From Acidimicrobiia bacterium (GTDB lineage Bacteria > Actinomycetota > Acidimicrobiia > Spongiisociales > UBA11373), in contig JBBDMM010000016.1 of NCBI GenBank assembly GCA_040878325.1, positions 1 to 64,000 on the forward strand: 64,000 nt of DNA, read 5' to 3'. Both the position numbers and the translations under genes were made by a program. Shown here one piece after another: positions 18,445 to 27,807 of the stretch (its first letter is position 1; each line of letters begins with the position of its first letter). The notes below the pieces were generated by a model. That model did not search any database. It saw only the letters and a program-made list of their open reading frames with translations, and was not told the origin of the DNA.

Positions 18445-19422
18445 GTGACCGTGGCGCTGACCGTTGTGGCCGCAGTGGCGGTCGTCGGAATCTTGCTGGC
18501 CCTCGCCATCGTGGTGCGACGCGCCCCGATGCCTGAGACCGTCAGCCCCGAAGAAATCCGGGCGCTCCACTCCGATATCGGTCGCCTGATGGGCCGGGTG
18601 GAGATGGGGTTCGAGAACAGCGCCCGCGACTCGTCCACGGTCCGGTCGGCCATCGACCTGCTCACCCACGACTCGGGCAGGCGCGGCACCTGGGGTGAGG
18701 TCACCCTCCGCCGGCTGCTCGAGAAGGCGGGCCTGGCGCACGGCCTCGACTTCGACACGCAGGTGGTACTCCCCGGGGGCCGACCCGATGCCCTCATCCA
18801 TCTCGGCGACGGCGGGTCCATCGTCATCGACGCAAAGGCCCCCCTCGATGACCTGCGACGCGCCGTCGATTGCGACGACGACGCTCGCGCCGGCCACCTG
18901 AAGGCCCATGCCACCGCCGTTCGCCGCCATGTGAGGGAGCTGTCGGGCCGCGACTATCCGTCGCGGCTTCGCACCACCTTTGCACCGGTGGTCATGTACC
19001 TGCCGGTCGAAGGCGCGTGGGAGGCCGCACTCGACGCCGTACCCGACCTCGGTTCCGAGGCACTCGCGCTGGGCGTTCATCCGGCATCACCCCGAACCCT
19101 TGGGCTGGTTCTCGAACTCCTCAAGCACCACGCGCTCACGGTGAATCAGGAGGCGGCGACGCGAGAGGTTCTCGAAGACACCCGGGAACTACTCGGACGC
19201 CTCGACAAGCATGCCGAGCACCTCACCAAGCTGGGGCGAGCCCTCGGTGGGGCAGTGGAGGCGTACAACCAGGCGGTCGGGAATGCGGCCACACGGGTTC
19301 TTCCGGCAATTAACCGCATGGCCGACCACCTCGGACGCCAGGCGGTCAAGTCGCCTGCGCCAATCGTCGCCCTGCCCCACCCCGAGCGGGTCCCGGTGTT
19401 CGATGCGGACCGGGTCGCCTGA
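18445..19422 (+). CDS. rmuC: DNA recombination protein RmuC family
   Basis: N-terminal TM, RGTWGEVTL, RPDALIHL, VIDAKAPL, VMYLPVE, ASPRTL; SD AGGAGG before GTG 18445. Confidence 0.85.
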   Translation: MTVALTVVAAVAVVGILLALAIVVRRAPMPETVSPEEIRALHSDIGRLMGRVEMGFENSARDSSTVRSAIDLLTHDSGRRGTWGEVTLRRLLEKAGLAHGLDFDTQVVLPGGRPDALIHLGDGGSIVIDAKAPLDDLRRAVDCDDDARAGHLKAHATAVRRHVRELSGRDYPSRLRTTFAPVVMYLPVEGAWEAALDAVPDLGSEALALGVHPASPRTLGLVLELLKHHALTVNQEAATREVLEDTRELLGRLDKHAEHLTKLGRALGGAVEAYNQAVGNAATRVLPAINRMADHLGRQAVKSPAPIVALPHPERVPVFDADRVA

Positions 19423-19553
19423 ACGGCCGTTTCTGGAAAGCCACGGTTCCAGGGACTCGCGGTCGTAACCTGACGCCGCCGACCAACGGGGCGCCAACTG
19501 TCACAACTCACCGACCACCTTGCAGGGTCCCAGACCCCAGGAGATCGCGCCTT

Positions 19554-20252
19554 GTGATTCCCGGGACGACCATCAACACCGCCGAATCGGCAGCGACTCA
19601 GAAGCTGTTGGAGGTGATGCGGCTGCGCGATCGTTCCCTCGCCGACCACGGACTGCGCGCAGGCCACATGGCGGCCGCCATCGCCGCCGAATTGGGCGGC
19701 ACCACCGACGAGGTGGACCGCGCCTACCTCGGCGGCCTTCTCCACGATGTCGGCAAACTCGGCATCCCTGAGGCCATCCTGTGGAAACCGGCCGGCCTCG
19801 ACTCCACCGAATGGAAGGTGGTGCGCAATCACCCGCAGGAGGGCCACCGCCTCGTCGTCGACCTCACCCATCGGGATGTGGCGGCGGCGGTGCTGTATCA
19901 CCACGAGCGGTTCGACGGCGAGGGTTACCCGCATCGGGTGGACCTGACCTCGATACCGATGCCGGTGCGCATCGTGCAGGTTGCCGATGCCTACGACGCG
20001 ATCACCTCCGATCGCCCCTACGCGCCAGCGCTGCCCCCATCGCTGGCGGTCGAAGAGATCAATCGCTGCGCCGGAAGCCAGTTCGATCCGGACGCGGCCC
20101 GGGGCTTGTCAAAGCTGCTGGAAGCGAGGCTCGATGGGGCGACGATCACCCTTCCCGGAGCGAGTGCCCCCCTGCCTGCCGACCCCTTCGACAAGATCCA
20201 AGAATCAAGAGTCAAGAATCAAGATTCGGTCAGCACACTCCTTGACTCTTGA
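19554..20252 (+). CDS. Stand-alone HD-GYP domain phosphodiesterase
   Basis: LLHDVGK, HHERFDGEGYP, VADAYDAITSDRPY, GSQFDP. Confidence 0.92.
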   Translation: MIPGTTINTAESAATQKLLEVMRLRDRSLADHGLRAGHMAAAIAAELGGTTDEVDRAYLGGLLHDVGKLGIPEAILWKPAGLDSTEWKVVRNHPQEGHRLVVDLTHRDVAAAVLYHHERFDGEGYPHRVDLTSIPMPVRIVQVADAYDAITSDRPYAPALPPSLAVEEINRCAGSQFDPDAARGLSKLLEARLDGATITLPGASAPLPADPFDKIQESRVKNQDSVSTLLDS

Positions 20253-20296
20253 TTCTTGGCTCTTGGCTCTTGGCTCTTGATTCTTGACCCTTGACT
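20191..20296. repeat. Inverted heptamer arrays (CAAGART)n / (CTTGRYT)n between convergent genes
   Basis: caagatc caagaat caagagt caagaat caagatt ... cttgact cttgatt cttggct cttggct cttggct cttgatt cttgacc cttgact. Confidence 0.88.
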
Positions 20297-21081
20297 CACT
20301 CCAACAGCTTCGTGGTCGCCTGGCCCTCGGCGCATTCGTCGAGCAGGGGACACCAGCGGCACCACGGGCCTGCCACCCGGTCGAGGCTGCGCCCGTCGGT
20401 GAAAGCCTCCCGCAGGACCGCGACCATATTCGCCGTCCTGGCTGCCGTCTCCTCGATCCCCGCCCGGGTGGGCACCTCGTCGACCCGCTCGCCGCTCCCT
20501 ACCGAGATGGCCTCGACCTTGCCCGGGATCTCTCCCCGGTCAAGCGCCCACAGCAGGGCGTAGAACGCCAGCTGAACGCCGGGGTCACCGAGGCCGCCCG
20601 TCTTCCAGTCCACTAGACGGACACCGGCGACACCTTCATCGAACACCGCATCGATCCTCCCCCGTAGGAGGACTCCTGCGGCAGGAGTGGCTTCGAGATC
20701 CACTTCCGCCCCCTCGAAACCCTCGGTGCCCATCGCCTTGAAGCGGTCGTAGAGCTGACCGACCTCTTCGATCACCCCGGCGAGGGCACTCGGCTTCAGC
20801 CCGAGCGCACTCAGCTTGGGGTTCATCCCGCCGCCGATCTCCTCGCGGCAGGCAGACTCGAACGCATCCGCCGCGATCGGGCCGCCGCTCAAGTGCCGGG
20901 CGAAGATGCGGTGGGCCAACCCGCCGACGAACGACACCCTCGACTCCGGGCCGTACACCCCTCGCATCCTCCCGGCGGCCTGTTCGGGACAGCGTTCGAA
21001 ACTCACGTAGGTCGTCGCCGAGATCACGAGGTCCTCGCCGGGAGGCACCTCCGGGAAACGAATGGGAGGGTCGAGAGCCAC
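20296..21081 (-). CDS. PD-(D/E)XK nuclease family protein (RecB C-terminal/Cas4-like)
   Basis: RCP, G.LAH, LRGRIDAV, LVDWKTG, QLAFYAL, CRWCPLLDEC. Confidence 0.85.
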   Translation of the reverse strand: MALDPPIRFPEVPPGEDLVISATTYVSFERCPEQAAGRMRGVYGPESRVSFVGGLAHRIFARHLSGGPIAADAFESACREEIGGGMNPKLSALGLKPSALAGVIEEVGQLYDRFKAMGTEGFEGAEVDLEATPAAGVLLRGRIDAVFDEGVAGVRLVDWKTGGLGDPGVQLAFYALLWALDRGEIPGKVEAISVGSGERVDEVPTRAGIEETAARTANMVAVLREAFTDGRSLDRVAGPWCRWCPLLDECAEGQATTKLLE

Positions 21082-21239
21082 TGCTGCGGATGGTATCCAC
21101 CTCGGACTGCCTTCCCCGGGGTGGGCGAAGCAAGCACGACCCATCCTGTCCCGAAGACACCGCCTGGATCACGCATCGGGTTCGGGTTGACTGTTTTCGA
21201 CCCCGGGTACAATCGGCATTCCCCCGCGGCATCGGAACC

Positions 21240-23294
21240 ATGCGACCACCCCTACGGATCACGCTGATCATTGCCGCCGTGCTTGTCATCCTCTGGATGT
21301 GGCTCGGTGTCGTCTTTGCCATGGACCGGGTCAGCGATGGGGGCGAGATTCTCGGCCGCGTGACGATCGGCGACGTCGCCGTCGGCGGCCTTACCGAGTC
21401 CGAAGCCCGCCAGGCGATCCTCGGTATCGAGGCCGCGCTCGGCGCCGAGCCGATCGCGGTGCGGGTGCAGAACACCACTTTCACCCTGGTTCCCGCCGAC
21501 GTCGGCTACGACATCGACGAGGCGGCTGTGGTCGAGGAGGCGATGAAGGTTGGGAGAGACGGTGGCCTGATTCGCGACATGCAATGGTGGCTCGGCAATC
21601 TTGTCGGCTCCTCCACCAGCGCCGTCGACGTACCTGCCACCTATAACCGGGAAGCCCTGATGGCCGTCCTTCGCTCCTGGGAAGCGCAGGCCATCACCGA
21701 TCCGTCCACCGAGGGTGGCATCGTGGTCGAGGCAGGCCAGGTGAGCGCCGTCTACCCGAAGTCGGGCACCGGGTTGAACTTCGAAGCGACCGCCGACCTC
21801 ATCGAGGCGGAGATCTTCGGCGGCCGCAACGCGGTAGTGGCGCAAACCGAGTTTCGTGTCCCGGTGCTCACCAATGACGAGATCGACCTGCTCGTGTCAC
21901 GAGCCCAACTCATGGTCGCGCAGCCCGTCACCCTCGCCAAGATCGTGCCGCAGACCTCGCTCACCTTCCCCCGCGAGGTCCTCGCGTCGTCCATCGCGAC
22001 GCGCCTGGTTGGCACGGCAGACGACCCGGAGATCGAGCTCTTCTTCCAGATCGGGCCGCTGGTGCAGTACCTCAACCCCATCCGAGACCAGGTCGAGACC
22101 GATCCGGTCGACGCCCAGGTGGTGATTCGCCCCGACGACATTCCGATGATCCTCCCGGGGAGCAACGCGGTGGAAGTCGACGACCCCGCCCTTCCCGACG
22201 CGATCATGCGCGCCGCCACGTCGGTGACCAGGACGGCTCCCCTGCCGGTCAGGGAGGGCACTCCCCCGTCCTTCACGACCGCCGATGCCGAAGCCCTCGG
22301 CATCCGCAACCTCCTCTACACCGCCACCACCTTCTTCACCGCTGGCGGCGACTTCAAGAACCAGAACCGCATCGTCAACATCCATCGGATCGCCGACGAA
22401 GTGAACGGTGCAATCGTGATGCCGGGGGAAGTGTTCTCGCTCAACGAGCACGTTGGACAGCGCACCCTCGACGACGGATACCGGGTGGCCGGGGCGATCA
22501 TCGGCCCCATCGTGTACTGCTGCGACCACCCCGCCAACGTCGGCGGGGGCGTCAGCCAGTTCGCCACCACGATCTACAACGCGGTGTTCTGGTCGGGTCT
22601 CGACGACGTGGAGCACACGCCCCACAGCCTCTTCATCACCCGGTACCCGATGGTCCGGGAGGCGACGCTCGGCTACCCCACCCCCGACGTGAAGTTCCGC
22701 AACAACACAGAAGCCGCGGTCTACATCAAGACCGAACACACCGGCGACAGCGTCAGCGTGAAGTTCTTCGGCGACAACGGGGGAATCACTGTCACCGAGG
22801 AGGTGTCCGAACGATCCAACTTCACCGATCCAGTGGAGTACTTCGAGCCCGATACCTCGGTTCCTCCGGGTTCGCAAGAAGAACGCGACGACGGCAGCCC
22901 CGGATTCACCGCGACCGTGACCCGCACCATCACCTACCCCGATGGCCGCGAACCCAAGGTGCAAAGGTGGACATGGACCTACCGCCCCTTCCCCATCATC
23001 ATCGCGGTCCACCCATGTGAGTTGCCGCCCGATCACATCCAGTACGACGCATCGGTCGAATGCCCCCAGCAGGTGCCCGACCTACGAAACCTCACACGCA
23101 ACCAGGCCAACAACGCGTTGCAGGCCGTGGGCCTCGTGATGCGCGTGGCCAACAACACGGTGCCGACCGACGACCCTGAGCGCGACAACACCGTTCATAG
23201 TCAGAGCGTGCCGGCGGAAACCTGGCTCGACCCGGGCAGTGAAGTCGTGGTCACCCTCCGCGTCTACGAGGCGCCCGACGAACCCGATCCGTAA
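21240..23294 (+). CDS. VanW family protein with peptidoglycan-binding, G5-like and PASTA domains
   Basis: N-terminal TM; NRIVNIH, PGEVFSLNEHVG, GGGVSQFATTIYNA, HSLFITRYP..REAT; C-terminal VPDLRNLT PASTA. Confidence 0.88.
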   Translation: MRPPLRITLIIAAVLVILWMWLGVVFAMDRVSDGGEILGRVTIGDVAVGGLTESEARQAILGIEAALGAEPIAVRVQNTTFTLVPADVGYDIDEAAVVEEAMKVGRDGGLIRDMQWWLGNLVGSSTSAVDVPATYNREALMAVLRSWEAQAITDPSTEGGIVVEAGQVSAVYPKSGTGLNFEATADLIEAEIFGGRNAVVAQTEFRVPVLTNDEIDLLVSRAQLMVAQPVTLAKIVPQTSLTFPREVLASSIATRLVGTADDPEIELFFQIGPLVQYLNPIRDQVETDPVDAQVVIRPDDIPMILPGSNAVEVDDPALPDAIMRAATSVTRTAPLPVREGTPPSFTTADAEALGIRNLLYTATTFFTAGGDFKNQNRIVNIHRIADEVNGAIVMPGEVFSLNEHVGQRTLDDGYRVAGAIIGPIVYCCDHPANVGGGVSQFATTIYNAVFWSGLDDVEHTPHSLFITRYPMVREATLGYPTPDVKFRNNTEAAVYIKTEHTGDSVSVKFFGDNGGITVTEEVSERSNFTDPVEYFEPDTSVPPGSQEERDDGSPGFTATVTRTITYPDGREPKVQRWTWTYRPFPIIIAVHPCELPPDHIQYDASVECPQQVPDLRNLTRNQANNALQAVGLVMRVANNTVPTDDPERDNTVHSQSVPAETWLDPGSEVVVTLRVYEAPDEPDP

Positions 23295-23303
23295 CGGATC
23301 GGG
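23283..23303. terminator. Hairpin between convergent genes
   Basis: CCCGATCCG-TAA-CGGATCGGG perfect 9-bp stem. Confidence 0.55.
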
Positions 23304-23313
23304 AACCCGGGCC

Positions 23314-23622
23314 TCAGGAGGCGGGGTCTGCCTCGTCGTAGAACACGAAGAACTCGGTCACCACTTCGCTCGCGGCCGACAGGGTGCCGCCATCCCACCC
23401 GCCGTCGCGTCCCACCACCACCTGGTTCGAGGCTATGAAGACATGGTTCACGCCCTCGACCCCCTCGAAGAGGCGGGCAGCGAGCTGTCCGGGGAAATCG
23501 TCGGAGGTGTCACCGGCAGAGGCGTAGCTGGACCCATCCTGACCCGTGATACTCCGGTCGGTGTCGATGATGGCGACGCCGTCGAGGACCGTCGTACCGA
23601 GCACCTTGATGGTCTGGCCCAT
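23314..23622 (-). CDS. Small protein, possibly NifU/Nfu N-terminal scaffold-like
   Basis: LAARLFEGVEGVNHVFIASNQVVV resembles the Nfu_N pattern; SD AAGGGGAG. Confidence 0.6.
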   Translation of the reverse strand: MGQTIKVLGTTVLDGVAIIDTDRSITGQDGSSYASAGDTSDDFPGQLAARLFEGVEGVNHVFIASNQVVVGRDGGWDGGTLSAASEVVTEFFVFYDEADPAS

Positions 23623-23676
23623 TTGACTCCCCTTCGTATTGCTGGTCGATCGTAAGCGGTCCCGTCGCCCCCCCGA

Positions 23677-25116
23677 TCAGGTGGGCCGGGAACCGCTCGG
23701 CACGCCCGACGACTCACTGCCGATTACGTGCAATTTGAGCAGGTTCGTGGCCGCTTGCTGGTTGGGAGGAATGCCCGCCGCCATCGCGATGCGGTCTCCT
23801 TCCACGGCGAGGCCCTTCTCGAGGAGGATCCTCTCGGCCTCGGCGATCATCTCATCGGTGGTGTCGAACCGCCCGAAAAGCAGCGGGGTCACCCCCCACA
23901 CGATCGCCAGCCGGTTACACACCGTGGGAATCGAAGTGAAGGCGACGATCCGGGCGTTCGGCCGGTAGCGGGCGACCAGCCGGGCTGTGTCCCCGCTTTC
24001 GGTAAATGCCACCACGGTGTCGAGGTGGAGGCTGGCCGCAGTATCGGCGACCGCACCGGCGATCGCCGCCGGCACGGGGTTGTCACCGACGAGCTCAAAG
24101 GCAGGCGCCGCCGGATAGCCCGGGCTCGCCTCGGCTTCGCGGCAGATCGCCGACATCACCTCGATCGTCCGCACGGGGTATTTACCGATGGCGGTCTCGG
24201 CGGAAAGCATCACCGCGTCGGTGCCGTCGAGCACCGCGTTGGCGACGTCGGTGACCTCGGCGCGAGTGGGGCGCGGTGACGAGGTCATCGACTCGAGCAT
24301 TTCGGTGGCGGTGATCGATACACCCCCCACGGCATTGGTACGGGCGATGATTTCCTTCTGAATCCGCGGCAACGGTTCGAAGCCGATCTCCACCCCGAGG
24401 TCGCCGCGGGCCACCATCGCTCCGTCGGCCGCAATCACGATCTCGTCGAGGTTGGCATAGGCCGCGGCCCTCTCGATCTTGGCGATGACCGGCGTGTCGC
24501 CGGCGAGGGCCTTCACCTGCCGGATATCGGCACCCGATGTCACGAACGAGGCTGCGAGGAGGTCGACCCCCAGTTCACGGCCGAACGCCAGGTCCAGCTC
24601 GTCTTTTTCGGTGATCACGGGCAGGCCGGCCCCCGCCCCGGGGAACGCCACCCCTTTGTGGTCCGAGAGGGTGCCGCCCTCGATCACCTCGGCGACGACC
24701 CCGGTCTTGTCGACATCGCGCACGTTGAGCACGACCATGCCATCGGCGAGCAGCACCCGCTGGCCCTCCTGAGGAGAGACGGCTGCGAGATGCTGCACCA
24801 GGATCGTTCCTTTGGTGCACTCGCCGACGCCGTCTTCGAGCCGAACCCGGTCCCCGGCCCGCAACTCGATCGAGCCCCCGGGAAACGTGCCCACCCGCAC
24901 CCGGGGACCCTGGATGTCCTGCAGCACCGCCACCGTGCGACCCTGCTCCTTGGCGGCTGCCCGCACCGCGGCGAACAGGGACGCGTGGGTTTCGTGGGTG
25001 CCGTGGGAGAAGTTGAGACGAGCGACATCCATGCCCGCCGCCACCATTCGTGAGATCACCTCGGGTGACGAACTGGCCGGCCCCAGCGTGGCGATGATCT
25101 TGGTCTTGCGGGCCAT
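23677..25116 (-). CDS. pyk: Pyruvate kinase
   Basis: RKTKIIATLGPAS, ARLNFSHG, IAKIE, MVARGDLGVE, PTRAEVTDVANA, MLSAETA.GKYP. Confidence 0.97.
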   Translation of the reverse strand: MARKTKIIATLGPASSSPEVISRMVAAGMDVARLNFSHGTHETHASLFAAVRAAAKEQGRTVAVLQDIQGPRVRVGTFPGGSIELRAGDRVRLEDGVGECTKGTILVQHLAAVSPQEGQRVLLADGMVVLNVRDVDKTGVVAEVIEGGTLSDHKGVAFPGAGAGLPVITEKDELDLAFGRELGVDLLAASFVTSGADIRQVKALAGDTPVIAKIERAAAYANLDEIVIAADGAMVARGDLGVEIGFEPLPRIQKEIIARTNAVGGVSITATEMLESMTSSPRPTRAEVTDVANAVLDGTDAVMLSAETAIGKYPVRTIEVMSAICREAEASPGYPAAPAFELVGDNPVPAAIAGAVADTAASLHLDTVVAFTESGDTARLVARYRPNARIVAFTSIPTVCNRLAIVWGVTPLLFGRFDTTDEMIAEAERILLEKGLAVEGDRIAMAAGIPPNQQAATNLLKLHVIGSESSGVPSGSRPT

Positions 25117-25234
25117 CGGACCAATCTAGGCCGCACCGCCTTCCGCCTTCCGCCTCCGGGCGGCCTCCGGCCGGCCACGCCTTCGGGAATCCGGGCTGGT
25201 AGTAACGCTTCGTCCGATATCTACCCTCCCCGCC

Positions 25235-25828
25235 ATGCCCCACCGGCCGCTTGCCATCGTTCCTCTCAAAGACTTTCGCGACGCGAAAGGGCGGCTCGAC
25301 CTTTCACCGGAGAATCGGTCGTCGCTCACCCAGGCAGTTGCCGAGCACGTGATCATCGCGTGTCGGGACGGAGGGCTGACTCCCCTCGTCGTCACCGGTT
25401 CTGAGGGCATGCGCGCCTGGGCGGCTGCGTTCGGGGCGGACGTGCTGGTCGAGACCTCGGGTGAAAGTCTCGATGCTGCGGCCGCCCACGGAGCCGCCCA
25501 GGCCGGAGGCGGCCCGTGGCTCGTCGTCCACGGCGACCTTCCACTTCTCTCGGCAGAGGACATTGCCCACGTCGGTCACTTGCTGGCGCGGGGCGGAGTC
25601 GTCCTCGCCCCGTCCCGGGATGGTGGCACCAACTTGTTGGGGGCCACGGGGCACTTCGACTTCCGCTACGGGCCGGCATCGTTCCACCGGCACCTGGCGG
25701 TGGCGGCCGACTGCGAGGTCGAGGTGGTGATCCGCCCCGGCACCGCCCTCGAGATCGACACCCTGTCGGACCTCCACTCGGTCGCGCGGCTCCCCTCCGG
25801 GGAATGGCTGCGCCGCTTCCTATCCTGA
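25235..25828 (+). CDS. cofC: 2-phospho-L-lactate / PEP guanylyltransferase (F420 biosynthesis)
   Basis: IVPLKDFRDAKGRL, GDLPLL, DGGTN, FRYGPASFHRH, EIDTLSDL. Confidence 0.85.
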   Translation: MPHRPLAIVPLKDFRDAKGRLDLSPENRSSLTQAVAEHVIIACRDGGLTPLVVTGSEGMRAWAAAFGADVLVETSGESLDAAAAHGAAQAGGGPWLVVHGDLPLLSAEDIAHVGHLLARGGVVLAPSRDGGTNLLGATGHFDFRYGPASFHRHLAVAADCEVEVVIRPGTALEIDTLSDLHSVARLPSGEWLRRFLS

Positions 25829-25832
25829 GCGC

Positions 25833-26954
25833 ATGAGCCAGATCGCAGTCTTGGGTGCAGGAATCGTCGGCCGGGCCGCGGCGTGGGACATGGTCCGCCG
25901 CGGCCACTCGGTTGTGATCGCCGACGTCGACCGAACCGCAGTCGATCAAGCCGCCACGGTGTCCGGAGCCACCGGATCGATCCTCGATGCGACCGATCCT
26001 ACGGCGCTGAGGGCCTTCCTCGAAGGGGTCGAGCTCGTGGTGTCCGCGGTTCCGTATGCCCTCGGCTTCGAAGTCGCCCGAACCGCGATCGATTCGGAAA
26101 CGCACTACCTCGACTTCGGAGGGAACCCAACCATCGTCGGCCGCCAGCTGACGCTTGACGCCGCCGCTCGCCGGGCCGGAGTCGGCGTGGTCCCCGACTG
26201 CGGCCTTGCCCCCGGAATGGCCAACGTGCTCGCCGTGGGCGCGGTCGAGGCGCTCGGTGACGGCCCGATCGACGAGGTCCGGCTTCGGGTGGGGGCGCTC
26301 CCCGCGGTCCCCACCGGCGCCCTCGGCTACCAGCTGGCATTCAATCCCGCCGGTCTGGTCAACGAGTACGACGAGCCCTGCGAGATCCTCGCCGGCGGCA
26401 AGTACGCCACCGTCGAACCCCTAACCGAGACCGAGGATGTCGCCTGGCCGGGCTGGGGGCCGCTCGAAGCGTTTCACACCGCCGGTGGTTCGTCGTCTCT
26501 CCCCCGCATGTGGGAGGGACAGGTGACTGAACTCGACTACAAGACCCTCCGCTTCCCCGGCCACGCCAACCCGCTACGGGCGATGCGTGAAGTAGGTCTG
26601 TTCTCCGAGGAACCCCAGCCAGACTCCGGGATCGCCCCGCGCACCGTGCTGCTCGAGGCGCTCCGTCGACACCTTCCCAGCGGCGCCGACGATGTGGTCC
26701 TGGTGCGGGTCTGGGCCACCGCCACCCGGGACGGCAAGCGCCGTACCGTGGGGTACCAGGTCGACGACCGACACGACGGAACCTTCTCCGCCCTTGCCCG
26801 CACCACCGCGTTCCCCGCCACCGCCCTCGCTCACCTACTCCTCACCGGCGAGGTCGACACCCGCGGGGCGGTGACCATGGACGGGGCAGTCCCGGCCGAG
26901 GCGATGATCCGGGAACTGGAGCCGGTAGGAGTGCGGGTGGACTCCTGGCCTTGA
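25833..26954 (+). CDS. Saccharopine dehydrogenase-like / lysine 6-dehydrogenase family oxidoreductase
   Basis: LGAGIVG, DCGLAPG, VGALP, GLVNEY, EAFHTAGG, YKTLRFPGH, RTTAFP. Confidence 0.88.
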   Translation: MSQIAVLGAGIVGRAAAWDMVRRGHSVVIADVDRTAVDQAATVSGATGSILDATDPTALRAFLEGVELVVSAVPYALGFEVARTAIDSETHYLDFGGNPTIVGRQLTLDAAARRAGVGVVPDCGLAPGMANVLAVGAVEALGDGPIDEVRLRVGALPAVPTGALGYQLAFNPAGLVNEYDEPCEILAGGKYATVEPLTETEDVAWPGWGPLEAFHTAGGSSSLPRMWEGQVTELDYKTLRFPGHANPLRAMREVGLFSEEPQPDSGIAPRTVLLEALRRHLPSGADDVVLVRVWATATRDGKRRTVGYQVDDRHDGTFSALARTTAFPATALAHLLLTGEVDTRGAVTMDGAVPAEAMIRELEPVGVRVDSWP

Positions 26955-26997
26955 GCCGGTAGCGGGAAGCGGGTAGCGGGTAGCGACTTGCTTTACC

Positions 26998-27732
26998 ATG
27001 AACCCGGTGAAGGAGACTCAAACCACTCAGGACGCCGTTGCCGTAATCACCGGGGGGACCGGAGGGTTGGGCCGACAGGTGGCGCATCGGCTCGCCGCCT
27101 CGGGTCATCGGCTGGCCATCACCTATCTCGTCCCGCAGGAAGCCAACGAGGTCGAGGAGTTTCTACGGATGCCGGAGGACCGGCTGCTGTTGAAGCGAGT
27201 CGACTGCACCGACTCTGAGAGCGTCAACAGCTTCATCAAAGAGGTGGCGTCGACCTTCGGCCAGATCAACGTGCTCGCCTGTCTGGTGGGCGGTTGGGCC
27301 GGAGGCCGCGACGTAGAGGAGACCGACGACGTCCGCTTCGATCGAATGATCGACCTGAACCTCCGCACCTCATTCAACGCAGTCCGCGCCACCCTCCCGT
27401 ACCTGCGCGATGCCGATTGGGGACGGATCCTGATGATCGGAAGTCGATCGGCAGTAGATCCACCCGCCGGTCAGGCCATGTACAACGTGGCCAAGGCCGG
27501 GGTCATCGCCCTGGTGCGCACCATCGCCGAAGAGGTGAGCGACTCGGAGGTGACCGCCAACGTGGTGCTCCCCTCACTCATCGACACGCCCGCCTTTCGC
27601 GAGGTGGTGCCATTTGCCAACTACGTCGACTGGCCCACCCCCGAGGAGATCGCCGCCGTCATCGAGTTCCTCGTATCGCCCACCTCCGGTGTGATCAACG
27701 GCGCGATGGTCCCGGTCTACGGGAAGACGTAA
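26998..27732 (+). CDS. SDR family oxidoreductase
   Basis: TGGTGGLG, YNVAK, NVVLPSLIDTP. Confidence 0.92.
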   Translation: MNPVKETQTTQDAVAVITGGTGGLGRQVAHRLAASGHRLAITYLVPQEANEVEEFLRMPEDRLLLKRVDCTDSESVNSFIKEVASTFGQINVLACLVGGWAGGRDVEETDDVRFDRMIDLNLRTSFNAVRATLPYLRDADWGRILMIGSRSAVDPPAGQAMYNVAKAGVIALVRTIAEEVSDSEVTANVVLPSLIDTPAFREVVPFANYVDWPTPEEIAAVIEFLVSPTSGVINGAMVPVYGKT

Positions 27733-27807
27733 GAGGGCCTCGCTCGCTCGGCCGCGCGGCGATTGGTTCCGCGTTCGTGTGCCTTCCGGCTGTGCCAACA
27801 TCGTGAG

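Noticed and set aside
19423..19553. c-di-GMP riboswitch upstream of the HD-GYP gene (GAAAGCCACGG resembles part of the class I motif)
   Set aside because: The GGCAAAC...GAAA P2 stem and matching P3/P1 elements are not recognisable; an Rfam cmscan would be needed.
20296..21081. Cas4 / CRISPR-associated nuclease
   Set aside because: It has PD-(D/E)XK and Cys motifs but no cas1, cas2 or array nearby, so it is called a stand-alone nuclease.
21240..23294. Vancomycin resistance locus
   Set aside because: VanW-domain proteins are widespread cell-wall proteins; no vanHAX or vanRS genes are present.
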